From contig JACQKD010000001.1 of the NCBI GenBank assembly GCA_016204695.1, forward strand, positions 4,976 through 68,975: a stretch of DNA of 64,000 bases. The letters run 5' to 3'. Below the pieces are notes generated by a model. It was given only the letters and a program-made list of their open reading frames with translations. It did no database searches and was not told the origin of the DNA. The stretch is from Candidatus Kaiserbacteria bacterium. Lineage in GTDB: Bacteria; Patescibacteriota; Minisyncoccia; Phycocordibacterales; UBA918. The first letter of the stretch is position 1; every line of letters starts with the position of its first letter. A program made the translations under genes and the position numbers. Shown here in pieces: positions 1-8,329 of the stretch.

Positions 1-2889
1 ACAGTCAACTTCCAGGGTCTTCATGCCGCTTTCGCCAACAATACGGCCGCCAGTTACGGACCATATACGACATCCGCTCAGATTCTTGCGCTAGCGACCG
101 AAAACTTCAGCAGTACGGCGAAAGGATCGGCACTCACCTTCTCAACTACCGATAATACAACGACGACTCTCGACGAGCGGATGCGTATTGACCAAAACGG
201 CAACGTCGGCATCGGGACGACGGGACCGGGAGCAAACTTAGATATTGTTGGCGCTTCTGGTATGGGGAGCTTCAATCTCGGTTCCACTGCAAGTTCGGGA
301 TATCAAGCTCAGATCAGTTTCATGGACACGGATAATAGTGTCGCCGGGGACGGGGTTGGTGGAAGAAGAGTGGGAATTATAGAACTAGCGAAAGTAGCCG
401 GCTCCGCAGGTCAAGATGGCGCAAATATGCTTTTGTACACGCATCAAGCAAATGGGAGTTTGAAGAATCCTCTGACGTTAATGGGAACGGGGGATGTGAT
501 AATGAACGCTGGCAACATCGGCATCGGGACGACGGATACGACTACCGGCGGGTTTAGCAATAAGATGGTTGTTAAACAGTCGGCGAATGCCAACTGGAGA
601 GGGATCGCCGTAGAGGGAACTGACGACACCGTGCTCTCTATGGATTATCTCGGCTCAAATGTATTTGGTCTCTTCACCAGCTATCGAAGTGGTGGCGGAT
701 ACTCACATATATCCTTCGGACCCGGTGGTACTGAAAAAATGAGAATCACAACCGACGGCAACGTCGGCATCGGGGAAACGGTACCAGTCAATCGCTTGCA
801 TATCCAAGGTTCCGGAACGAGTGGTCAAGTTACAGCGGCTATGCTTCTGGAAAACTCATCTTCAGGAACACTTGGTTTCGACATTACTGGAGCAGCTGGT
901 TCAAGCTACGCTAGATTCCAGTATGGTGGCGGTCCTGGCACCGGTACAAACAGTATGACCGGCACGGCAATGATTATCGGCTTGGAAGGTTCGATAGCCG
1001 GCGACATCGGCATCGGGACGACGGGGCCGGGGGCTAGATTGGATGTTGATAGCACTGACAGTTCGCAGGTAATCGTACGGAGAACCTCAGGATCAGGTGT
1101 GAGTACGGATCATGCCATCGCCTTTATTAATGGTTCAGCTACGGATTACGTAGGCAAAATCGGTCATCTTGGTTCACTGACTGGGGGGTGGACTTTTGAT
1201 ATGTGGACTGATGAAAATTATCCTTTGACTTTTTGGAATAACAGTACTGAAAAAATGAGAATAGATCAAACTGGCCACGTCGGCATCGGAACGACGAGTC
1301 CGAGTTCAGTGTTACCGAACGGATTTACGGGAGCAAACGGAAAAATTCTCGCGCTTGAATCCGCAGGGAGTAACGGAAGCACGGGAATATTCTTGAGACG
1401 CGGCGCAAGCCCAACCGATGTGGGACTTGACATGTGGTCTGACAGTGCAAACGGGCCGGTGTATTTGGACAGCAGGTATGTCATCACCACCAGTAATGGA
1501 GGATTTAGATTTAGGACGCAAACAGCCGGTACGCCCGTAGAGGCTGTCGCCATCAACGGAGCCGGCAACGTCGGCATTGGCACCAACGCGCCGGCATATC
1601 CGCTTGATGTGAATGTAAACGGAAGTTATGCAAGATTTTATACGAGTTCAGGCGCAAGTACGGTTATGATTACTTCTTCCACCGGAAACGCGGCAACACT
1701 GGCATTCAATGTCAACAGTTCGGTCATTAATGTACAGAAACTGAGCACCGGCCCACTCATGATCAACGACTCGAGCTTCAATACGCTCATCAACCGAGAC
1801 GGCGGCAGTGTCGGGATGGGAGATCCAACTCCCGACTTCAAACTCGATGTCTGGGGCACTATCTGTCAGGACACGGACTCCAACGACACATGCGATGGCG
1901 CAGTAACCTCGGACGCACGGCTCAAGACGAACGTGGAGAATATTGACGACCCGCTCGCAAAGCTCGCCCTCCTGCGAGGCGTGTCATTCGACTGGGACGA
2001 GACCAATCCCGTCACTGAACACCTCGGCAGAGGTACTCGCCAGATCGGCGTCATCGCCCAGGAAGTCGAGGCGGTCTTCCCCTCTTTGGTCTATACCGAC
2101 ATGCAGGGATACAAGATGGTTGACTATCAGAAACTTGTCGGGCCGCTTATCGAGGGGGTGAATGTGCTCAATATGAAAATAGACGACATCGCGACGACGA
2201 CCGACATTGACACACTTCTTGCCGCATCCGGATATGAAGGATTTGCGGATTCGAGCAGTCTGGTGACCGATGCCATTACCGCCGTCTCCATTCTTATCGA
2301 CGGAAGCATCAAAAAGATACAAGGCGGCGTCTATGCGGCTGTGGGCATGTTCGACACGCTCATCAGCGATATGCTCATCGTGACGCAGGCCGATATTGAA
2401 CGGGCGCGCATCGAGCATCTGGAGACCGAGGAGCTGTGCGTCGGGGACGTGTGCGTCCTTGAGGACGATTTCCTGCGGGTGTTCGGCGATGGTACGGGAA
2501 CAAGCACGGCACAGACGGGTGCGGAAAGTTCCGACACTTCCTCACCAAGTGCTTCTACAGGAAGTACGGCAAGCAGTACACCGAGCGATGCAAATGATAC
2601 TGGGACAACTACGCCTGTGCCGGAAACGACTCCTTTGGACGCGGGAGACACCGCAAGCGATACCGGCGGCTCGGGGACGACCGAATCCGGAACGACGACT
2701 GCATCGGAAGCTACATCGGAGCCGGCATCTGACACAGCCGCGGATGCGGGGAGCGCCACGGCCGCAGAAGAATCGGCAGGTGCCGATTCTTCTGCGGCCG
2801 AGCCTTCTTCTGAACCTCCTTCGGAGTCTGCCGCATCTTCCGAGCCGTCCGGGGACGCGGGGACCGATTCTGCTCCGACAGGTGGGTAG
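1..2889 (+). CDS. Fibre/tail-spike-like surface protein, 5'-partial. It has periodic repeats and a C-terminal peptidase S74 intramolecular-chaperone domain followed by a low-complexity S/T/P/E/A tail.
   Basis: The frame is open from nt 1, so the gene enters the window from upstream. The motif (E/K)(R/K)MRIxxxGNVGIGTT.P recurs at about 85-90 aa (about 260 bp) periodicity, at nt ~196, 509, 754, 1003, 1274 and 1565. The C-terminal region TSDARLKTNVENI...LRGVSFDWDE...IGVIAQEVEAVFPSLV...GYKMVDYQKLVGPLIEGV matches the endosialidase chaperone / peptidase S74 autoprocessing consensus (Ser-x-x-Arg-x-Lys dyad, GFIAQEVE-like core). The last ~130 aa are acidic Ser/Thr/Pro-rich low complexity. Confidence 0.75.
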   Translation, partial: TVNFQGLHAAFANNTAASYGPYTTSAQILALATENFSSTAKGSALTFSTTDNTTTTLDERMRIDQNGNVGIGTTGPGANLDIVGASGMGSFNLGSTASSGYQAQISFMDTDNSVAGDGVGGRRVGIIELAKVAGSAGQDGANMLLYTHQANGSLKNPLTLMGTGDVIMNAGNIGIGTTDTTTGGFSNKMVVKQSANANWRGIAVEGTDDTVLSMDYLGSNVFGLFTSYRSGGGYSHISFGPGGTEKMRITTDGNVGIGETVPVNRLHIQGSGTSGQVTAAMLLENSSSGTLGFDITGAAGSSYARFQYGGGPGTGTNSMTGTAMIIGLEGSIAGDIGIGTTGPGARLDVDSTDSSQVIVRRTSGSGVSTDHAIAFINGSATDYVGKIGHLGSLTGGWTFDMWTDENYPLTFWNNSTEKMRIDQTGHVGIGTTSPSSVLPNGFTGANGKILALESAGSNGSTGIFLRRGASPTDVGLDMWSDSANGPVYLDSRYVITTSNGGFRFRTQTAGTPVEAVAINGAGNVGIGTNAPAYPLDVNVNGSYARFYTSSGASTVMITSSTGNAATLAFNVNSSVINVQKLSTGPLMINDSSFNTLINRDGGSVGMGDPTPDFKLDVWGTICQDTDSNDTCDGAVTSDARLKTNVENIDDPLAKLALLRGVSFDWDETNPVTEHLGRGTRQIGVIAQEVEAVFPSLVYTDMQGYKMVDYQKLVGPLIEGVNVLNMKIDDIATTTDIDTLLAASGYEGFADSSSLVTDAITAVSILIDGSIKKIQGGVYAAVGMFDTLISDMLIVTQADIERARIEHLETEELCVGDVCVLEDDFLRVFGDGTGTSTAQTGAESSDTSSPSASTGSTASSTPSDANDTGTTTPVPETTPLDAGDTASDTGGSGTTESGTTTASEATSEPASDTAADAGSATAAEESAGADSSAAEPSSEPPSESAASSEPSGDAGTDSAPTGG

Positions 2890-2906
2890 TATGATATACT
2901 TCAACT

Positions 2907-3128
2907 ATGACTACAAAACAGCTTGAAAAAGCCATTGAAAAGGTGCGGCTCCTCTCGCGAGAGCGGCAAGTAGCCGCGGCTTCGGCACTTGAGCTCATAG
3001 CTCATCCAGACGATGCCTTGACCTCCTCTGAAATCAAGGGAGTGAAGCAAGCGCGAGCCTCCGTTCACGCCGGAAGGTATGCCGACAATAGAGCAGTCAC
3101 TGCGTTTTTCCGTCGTTTTAGTGTATGA
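2907..3128 (+). CDS. Putative antitoxin partner of the downstream ParE/RelE-family toxin (small helical protein).
   Basis: 73-aa ORF immediately upstream of a ParE-like toxin gene. It is preceded by gATATACT (-10) with 6 nt to the ATG, which is leaderless-like. There is no strong family match by eye. Confidence 0.4.
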   Translation: MTTKQLEKAIEKVRLLSRERQVAAASALELIAHPDDALTSSEIKGVKQARASVHAGRYADNRAVTAFFRRFSV

Positions 3129-3135
3129 ACCGGAT

Positions 3136-3238
3136 GAGGTTCCGATGCGAAGACTTGGAGCATCGGAAGACCTTGCGCGCCTGTTTTGTGAACGAAGCGA
3201 GACAAAACAGGCGCAAGGTGTACTGAACCTGTAAGGTT
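3136..3238 (+). repeat. Structured ~100-nt repeat element, copy A (candidate ncRNA or MITE-like element). A second copy lies at 16008-16117.
   Basis: About 90 nt align with copy B (gcgaagacttggagcatcggaagaccttgcgcgcctgttttgt...acaaaacaggcgcaaggtgtactgaacctgtaagg). It contains a near-perfect 18-20 bp hairpin (accttgcgcgcctgttttgt / acaaaacaggcgcaaggt) and a second hairpin (ccgatgc...gcatcgg) whose stem differs between the copies while keeping pairing. Confidence 0.6.
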
Positions 3239-3251
3239 CTCTGAACTCGCC

Positions 3252-3509
3252 TTGCATGATCTGGACGAGATTGCGGCGTATCTTGCGAATGAGAGTGAAA
3301 CACTCGCAAAGAGGGTCATCAACAACCTTGAGGGGTTTTGTTTTGTACTGGGCATTATGCCGGAGTTGGGTCGTCCATCGGAAATAGTGGGAGTGCGCAA
3401 ACTGGTTACTACGCGCTACCGTTATAAAATAATCTATGAGATTCGTACTGCTAAAAAAGAAGTCGTGATTCTGCGAGTCTATCACAGCACTCGAAAGATG
3501 CAGTATTAG
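3252..3509 (+). CDS. ParE/RelE-family type II toxin. It is N-terminally truncated or uses a TTG start.
   Basis: LHDLDEIAAYLANESETLAKRVINNLEGFCFVLGIMPELGRPSEIVGVRKLVTTRYRYKIIYEIRTAKKEVVILRVYHSTR matches the ParE consensus (DLxxIxxYI...P..GR.....R.L.....Y.I.Y.I....V.ILRV.H..R). Only a TTG start is available. An in-frame TGA at 3189-3191 lies inside the upstream repeat element. Confidence 0.65.
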   Translation: MHDLDEIAAYLANESETLAKRVINNLEGFCFVLGIMPELGRPSEIVGVRKLVTTRYRYKIIYEIRTAKKEVVILRVYHSTRKMQY

Positions 3510-3584
3510 GCAGTATGCATTCGAAATCAAGCGCATGCACAGCGGACATGGCGACTGTCTGCATGCGTGGGATATACTGTATCT

Positions 3585-4619
3585 ATGAAAAAGGTACGCG
3601 TGGCGATAAACGGGTTTGGGAGGATAGGGCGGGCGTTTTTCCGCATGGCCGAAGGTCGGGATGACCTGGAGATTGTGGCAATAAACGACCTCGGTTCGCT
3701 TGAGAATCTTGCGTACTTATTAAAATATGACACTGCCTACGGGCGCAGTCCGTTTGGGGTCGAGGTGAAAGATGGCAACCTCGTTGCGGCGGGGAAGACG
3801 GTACGCTTCGTGAGCGAGCGGGAGCCGGCACAGCTTCCATGGAAAGAGCTTGATATTGATGTGGTGGTGGAGGCGACGGGCATTTTCACGACCTACGAAG
3901 CCGCGAAGGCGCATCGTGATGCGGGCGCAAAGCGCGTGGTGCTCACCGCTCCGGCGAAGGATGAGCCGGAGAAAGCGGGAGTGAAGGGCGCGACCGTGCT
4001 CATGGGCATCAACGACGAACACCTTGCGGACTATGAAATCACCTCGAATGCGTCATGTACGACCAATGCCGCAAGTCCCTTGGTCGCCATTCTCGACGAA
4101 GCGATTGGCATCGAGCGCGCGCTTCTGAATACGACGCATGCGTATACCGCGTCGCAGTCGCTCGTTGACGGTCCGAATAAAAAAGACCTCCGCGATGGCC
4201 GTGCCGCCGCACATAACATGATTCCGAGTACCACCGGCGCGGCCATCGCAGTGACCAAGGCGTATCCCAAGCTCGAAGGAAAATTCGACGGGCTGTCGGT
4301 GCGCGTGCCGGTCATCGTCGGGTCGCTCGTTGACGTGACATTTGTCGCGTCGCGGGCGACGACGGTGGAGGAGGTCAATAATGCACTCAAAGCCGCCGCG
4401 GCATCCGAGCGGTGGCGGGGGATTTTCGCAGTGACGGAAGAGCCGCTGGTATCAAGCGATATCATCGGCGCGACCTATGCCTCCATCGCCGACCTCGGCA
4501 ATACGCTCGTCGCAGATGGCACGCTCGTCAAGGTGCTCGCGTGGTACGACAACGAAACCAGTTACACCCACACGCTTGTCGAGCATGTCGTTGCGCTCGG
4601 CAAGACGGTTGGTGCATAG
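3585..4619 (+). CDS. gap: Glyceraldehyde-3-phosphate dehydrogenase (type I).
   Basis: VAINGFGRIGR NAD-binding motif, SNASCTTN active-site Cys motif and WYDNE C-terminal motif. TATACT -10 sits 6 nt before the ATG at 3585. Confidence 0.95.
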   Translation: MKKVRVAINGFGRIGRAFFRMAEGRDDLEIVAINDLGSLENLAYLLKYDTAYGRSPFGVEVKDGNLVAAGKTVRFVSEREPAQLPWKELDIDVVVEATGIFTTYEAAKAHRDAGAKRVVLTAPAKDEPEKAGVKGATVLMGINDEHLADYEITSNASCTTNAASPLVAILDEAIGIERALLNTTHAYTASQSLVDGPNKKDLRDGRAAAHNMIPSTTGAAIAVTKAYPKLEGKFDGLSVRVPVIVGSLVDVTFVASRATTVEEVNNALKAAAASERWRGIFAVTEEPLVSSDIIGATYASIADLGNTLVADGTLVKVLAWYDNETSYTHTLVEHVVALGKTVGA

Positions 4620-4659
4620 GTGTAGCGCCTCTACCAAGAATAGACTTTTTCAATTTCTC

Positions 4660-5115
4660 ATGAAAATACTCTTCGGGACGGATCATGCGGGGTTTGAAAT
4701 GAAAGAGGCGCTCGTTGCGTTTGTACGGAACGAGCTCGGGCATGAAGTCGAAGACATGGGCGCGTATGAGTATGACGAGGGTGATGACTATCCCGATTTC
4801 GTCTCGAAGGTAGCCGCTCGCGTCGCCGCAGGCGACGCGAGCGAAATCCGCGGTGTTATCCTCGGCGGCTCCGGCCAAGGGGAGGCCATGGTTGCCAACC
4901 GCAGGAAAGGCGTGCGCGCCGCAGTCTATTATGGCGGCAATCAAGGTATTCCGGCGCTTTCGCGCGAGCACAACGATGCGAACGTACTTTCGCTCGGCGC
5001 GCGCTTCCTGTCGCTCGAAGAGGCGAAAGAAGCGGTGACGACATGGCTCGACGCGCGATTCGGCGGCGAAGAACGTCATGTTCGCCGGATCAGAAAAATC
5101 GATACCTCGTTATGA
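4660..5115 (+). CDS. rpiB: Ribose-5-phosphate isomerase B (RpiB/LacAB family).
   Basis: MKILFGTDHAGFEMKE...GVILGGSGQGEAMVANR...ANVLSLGARF is the typical RpiB signature. Confidence 0.9.
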   Translation: MKILFGTDHAGFEMKEALVAFVRNELGHEVEDMGAYEYDEGDDYPDFVSKVAARVAAGDASEIRGVILGGSGQGEAMVANRRKGVRAAVYYGGNQGIPALSREHNDANVLSLGARFLSLEEAKEAVTTWLDARFGGEERHVRRIRKIDTSL

Positions 5116-5651
5116 GTCTTGTCATATATCGTACATCGCAGGGCAGGATCTTCGAATACTTTGTCATTTTTTCTCTTATCGCGCTCGCAAGCGCCGGCGC
5201 GGCTGTTTTTTTGGGAGGTCAATTTGCACAGGCGCGCGATGCCCAGCGCATCGGAGACATCGGGACCCTTCGCAATGCGCTTGAGCTCTATCGTGTGGAC
5301 CACGGAGCCTATCCGAGCGTACCATCGGCGACTAGTGTCGACGCTTCGTGGGGCGTTCTTGAAGAAACTCTGCGCCCATATATATCTCTGATACCCCAGG
5401 ATCCGATCAACAAGATGTCGGAGGAGGGCGCGGCGCCGTTTGTCTACGGATATTACAGCGCCAAGAAACGTGATACGGCAGATACCGTCGTGCGTGGTCC
5501 TGACAACTACGTGATCACTTTTCGGCTTGAAAAACCGGAGAAAGCCTTTCGCCACTCGGCGATCAACATTGGTGTGGTCACGACGCACGGATTCTCTTCG
5601 CCGCTTGAGCTCACCGACAGCGCCGGCGTATATCTTGTCCGGGCTCCATAA
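5112..5651 (+). CDS. Divergent pilin-like (pseudopilin-like) protein with a degenerate prepilin signal.
   Basis: N-terminal TM helix followed by AQARDAQRIGDIGTLRNALELYRVDHGAYP, which resembles the conserved pilin helix of the two bona fide pilins in this window (SARAKAR...L.QI..ALE.YY.DNG.YP). It lacks the canonical G|FTLIE cleavage motif (has QG|RIFEY). Overlaps the rpiB stop by 4 nt. Confidence 0.45.
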   Translation: MSLVIYRTSQGRIFEYFVIFSLIALASAGAAVFLGGQFAQARDAQRIGDIGTLRNALELYRVDHGAYPSVPSATSVDASWGVLEETLRPYISLIPQDPINKMSEEGAAPFVYGYYSAKKRDTADTVVRGPDNYVITFRLEKPEKAFRHSAINIGVVTTHGFSSPLELTDSAGVYLVRAP

Positions 5652-5659
5652 ACATCGAT

Positions 5660-6343
5660 ATGCTCACGCCTTCCGTCATACCCGCAATCATTCCGCAGTC
5701 ACTTGCGCATCTTCGAGCATGCATCGGCCGGCTTGCGGGGGCGGCGCGCGAGATACAGATAGACATTGTCGACGGGATATTCGTTCCGGAAAAAAGCTGG
5801 CCGTATCTCGACGGAGATCGAGATGCGAATATCGCAGAACTTGCCGCCGCCGTGCCGGAAGATCTTTCGTACGAACTTGACCTCATGGTCGCGGGTCAAT
5901 CGCTTGATCTCTCCTCCTGGCTTGCGCAAAACCCAGGACAGGTCGTATTGCATGTCGAGAGTTTTTCAGATGATGCCGGTCTTGCGCAGGCAATCACCGA
6001 GACGCACATGTACGGCCGGATGGTCGCGCTTGCGCTCAACAATGACACACCGCTTGAACGGCTCGCGCCTCACTTGCTCGACATTGACGGTGTGCAATGC
6101 ATGGGTATCGCCGAGATCGGCGCGCAGGGGCGGTCGTTTGACGAACGCGTGCTCAATCGCATTCGGGAAATACGCTCGAAGTATCCCGAGCTGTCTATCG
6201 GCGTGGACGGCAGTGTGAATGAAGAAACAATCATGCGGTTAAAGGAGGCCGGCGCAAATCGCTTTGTCGTCGGCTCCGCGGTCTTCGATACTCCCGATCC
6301 GGCCCAAGCGTACGACGCACTCTCCAAGCTTGTCGCTCTATGA
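5660..6343 (+). CDS. rpe: Ribulose-phosphate 3-epimerase.
   Basis: IDIVDGIFVP ... IGVDGSVNEETI...GANRFVVGSAVF matches the RPE (TIM barrel) family. Confidence 0.85.
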   Translation: MLTPSVIPAIIPQSLAHLRACIGRLAGAAREIQIDIVDGIFVPEKSWPYLDGDRDANIAELAAAVPEDLSYELDLMVAGQSLDLSSWLAQNPGQVVLHVESFSDDAGLAQAITETHMYGRMVALALNNDTPLERLAPHLLDIDGVQCMGIAEIGAQGRSFDERVLNRIREIRSKYPELSIGVDGSVNEETIMRLKEAGANRFVVGSAVFDTPDPAQAYDALSKLVAL

Positions 6344-7362
6344 AAAACTTCCGAACAGTACTCGCAGTGACAGCCGTACTGTGTATCTCTCTTGTGCTTG
6401 CGCGTACGTCCGAGACCGGCGCGCACATACTCGGCCAGCTTGCCGGTGTAATCGGGATAGATATGGAGAGCGTGTATCGATATCAGGAGATGCGCGGTAT
6501 CAATCGCGATCTGGGGGTCGGAGATTCCGGCGAGGATGTGCGGTTGGTGCAGGAGGCGCTTGTTGCCCTCACGGAAAATTTTCCCGAAGAGAACATAACC
6601 GGTTACTTCGGCGCCAAGACTTCGGCGGCGCTCGCGGAGTATCAGAAAGAAACGGATCTTCCCGTCACCGGCACGGTGGACACGGCGACCCAGACGCATT
6701 TCAATACTCTTTATTTTACAAAACTGTGTCCGCAGGCGAGGAAGAAGGGTCCCTTCAAGAACGAGATACTCGTCGAGGTCAACAAGGACACGGCGCTCCC
6801 GAAAAAGTACGTGCCGCACAATCTTATCGACGTCTCGAGTATCGTGAAGACGACGAGTGTCGCATGTCTCAAACGGGAAGTCGTATCGTCGCTGAAGAAA
6901 ATGATGCGCGATGCCTCACGCGACGGCGTGACGCTTGCGGTTACCTCCGGCTTCCGGCGGCCGGAGATCCAAGGCATACTGCAGGATATTTGGACCGCCG
7001 TTATCGGCGAGGAAGCGACGGAGAGGAGTGTGGCCGAACCGTCCCATTCGGAACACCAGCTTGGCACGACGATTGACCTCTCGGGAGCGTCAAACGGATT
7101 TCGCGGCGGCGACAGCGGTTTTGGCGGGACGCCGGAAAGCGAATGGCTCCAGACGCATGGACACGAATACGGATTTGTCATGAGCTACCCGGCGGGAAAG
7201 GAGAATGTTACCGGCTATATCTATGAGCCGTGGCATTATCGTTTCCTCGGCAAGGAAGCCGCCCGGGAGATTTTTAAAAAGAAGATAAGCGTTGAGGAGT
7301 ATTTCGGTTCTCACAGCGGACGTGCATCCGGGGACGACGACACGGGAGACGACGAGGGATGA
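6340..7362 (+). CDS. Secreted D-alanyl-D-alanine carboxypeptidase (VanY / peptidase M15B) with an N-terminal peptidoglycan-binding domain.
   Basis: Signal/TM N-terminus. PG_binding_1-like segment (GDSGEDVRLVQEALVAL...ITGYFGAKTSAALAEYQKETDLPVTGTVD). M15 motifs SGFRRPEIQ, SEHQLGTTIDL and EPWHYRF. Start overlaps the rpe stop. Confidence 0.8.
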   Translation: MKNFRTVLAVTAVLCISLVLARTSETGAHILGQLAGVIGIDMESVYRYQEMRGINRDLGVGDSGEDVRLVQEALVALTENFPEENITGYFGAKTSAALAEYQKETDLPVTGTVDTATQTHFNTLYFTKLCPQARKKGPFKNEILVEVNKDTALPKKYVPHNLIDVSSIVKTTSVACLKREVVSSLKKMMRDASRDGVTLAVTSGFRRPEIQGILQDIWTAVIGEEATERSVAEPSHSEHQLGTTIDLSGASNGFRGGDSGFGGTPESEWLQTHGHEYGFVMSYPAGKENVTGYIYEPWHYRFLGKEAAREIFKKKISVEEYFGSHSGRASGDDDTGDDEG

Positions 7363-7423
7363 TACGCGACATCTTCACATATCACTTCCTTACAGCTCTC
7401 GCTTTTTGCGGTACACTGTGACC

Positions 7424-8320
7424 ATGCAGTTTCTCTCCGATGAGGACGTATTCGGACTCGAAAAGAAGGCGAACGAGATTCGCCAGAGCGTGATTGAGAT
7501 GCTCGTTGCCGCCGGAAGCGGACATACCGCCGGGCCGCTTGATATGGCGGATGTGTTCACGCTCCTTTATTTTCATATCTTGCACCACCGGCCGAATGAG
7601 CCGCTTTGGTCCGAACGCGACCGGCTCATACTTTCAAACGGGCACATTTGTCCGGTACTCTACGCGACACTCGCGCACGCCGGCTATTTTCCAAAAGAAG
7701 AGCTGATGACTTTGCGCAAATTCGGTACGCGATTGCAGGGACATCCGCACCGTGAAGCGCTTCCGGGACTTGAGACGACATCCGGCCCGCTCGGCTCCGG
7801 ACTTTCCCAAGCGCTCGGCATGGCGCTCGCCGAGCGGATGGACAATCCGTATTCAAGCAAATACTTTTACTGTCTCACCGGCGACGGGGAGCTTGACGAG
7901 GGACAAATATGGGAGGCGTTCATGCATGCGGGCAAGGAACAGCTCCATAATCTCATCGTCATCATCGACCGCAATGGCATTCAGATTGACGGGTACACGA
8001 CCGACGTGATGCCGCTTGAGCCGCTCGCCGAAAAGCTCTCCGCGTTCAACTGGGACGTACAAGAAGTGGACGGACACAACATGCGGATGCTCAACGACGC
8101 CATCGGCAAGGCGCAGTCAGTGTACAGCCAGCCGTCGGTCATCATTGCGCACACCATCCCCTCGCGCGGCGTGGATGTGTTTGAGCGCGACTTCCGTTGG
8201 CACGGCAATCCTCCCGGTAAAGGCCCGGAAGACCGCGTCAAGCGCGGTGAACAAGCGGAGGTTGCGCTTCGGAGACTGCGGACTCTTGCCGGACATATTA
8301 CCGCTCCTGATCATTCGTAA
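7424..8320 (+). CDS. Transketolase, N-terminal (TPP-binding) subunit of a split transketolase.
   Basis: GSGHTAGPLDMADVF, SNGH, GDGELDEGQIWEA motifs. Followed directly by the C-terminal subunit gene. Confidence 0.9.
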   Translation: MQFLSDEDVFGLEKKANEIRQSVIEMLVAAGSGHTAGPLDMADVFTLLYFHILHHRPNEPLWSERDRLILSNGHICPVLYATLAHAGYFPKEELMTLRKFGTRLQGHPHREALPGLETTSGPLGSGLSQALGMALAERMDNPYSSKYFYCLTGDGELDEGQIWEAFMHAGKEQLHNLIVIIDRNGIQIDGYTTDVMPLEPLAEKLSAFNWDVQEVDGHNMRMLNDAIGKAQSVYSQPSVIIAHTIPSRGVDVFERDFRWHGNPPGKGPEDRVKRGEQAEVALRRLRTLAGHITAPDHS

Positions 8321-8329
8321 TTTTCAAGT

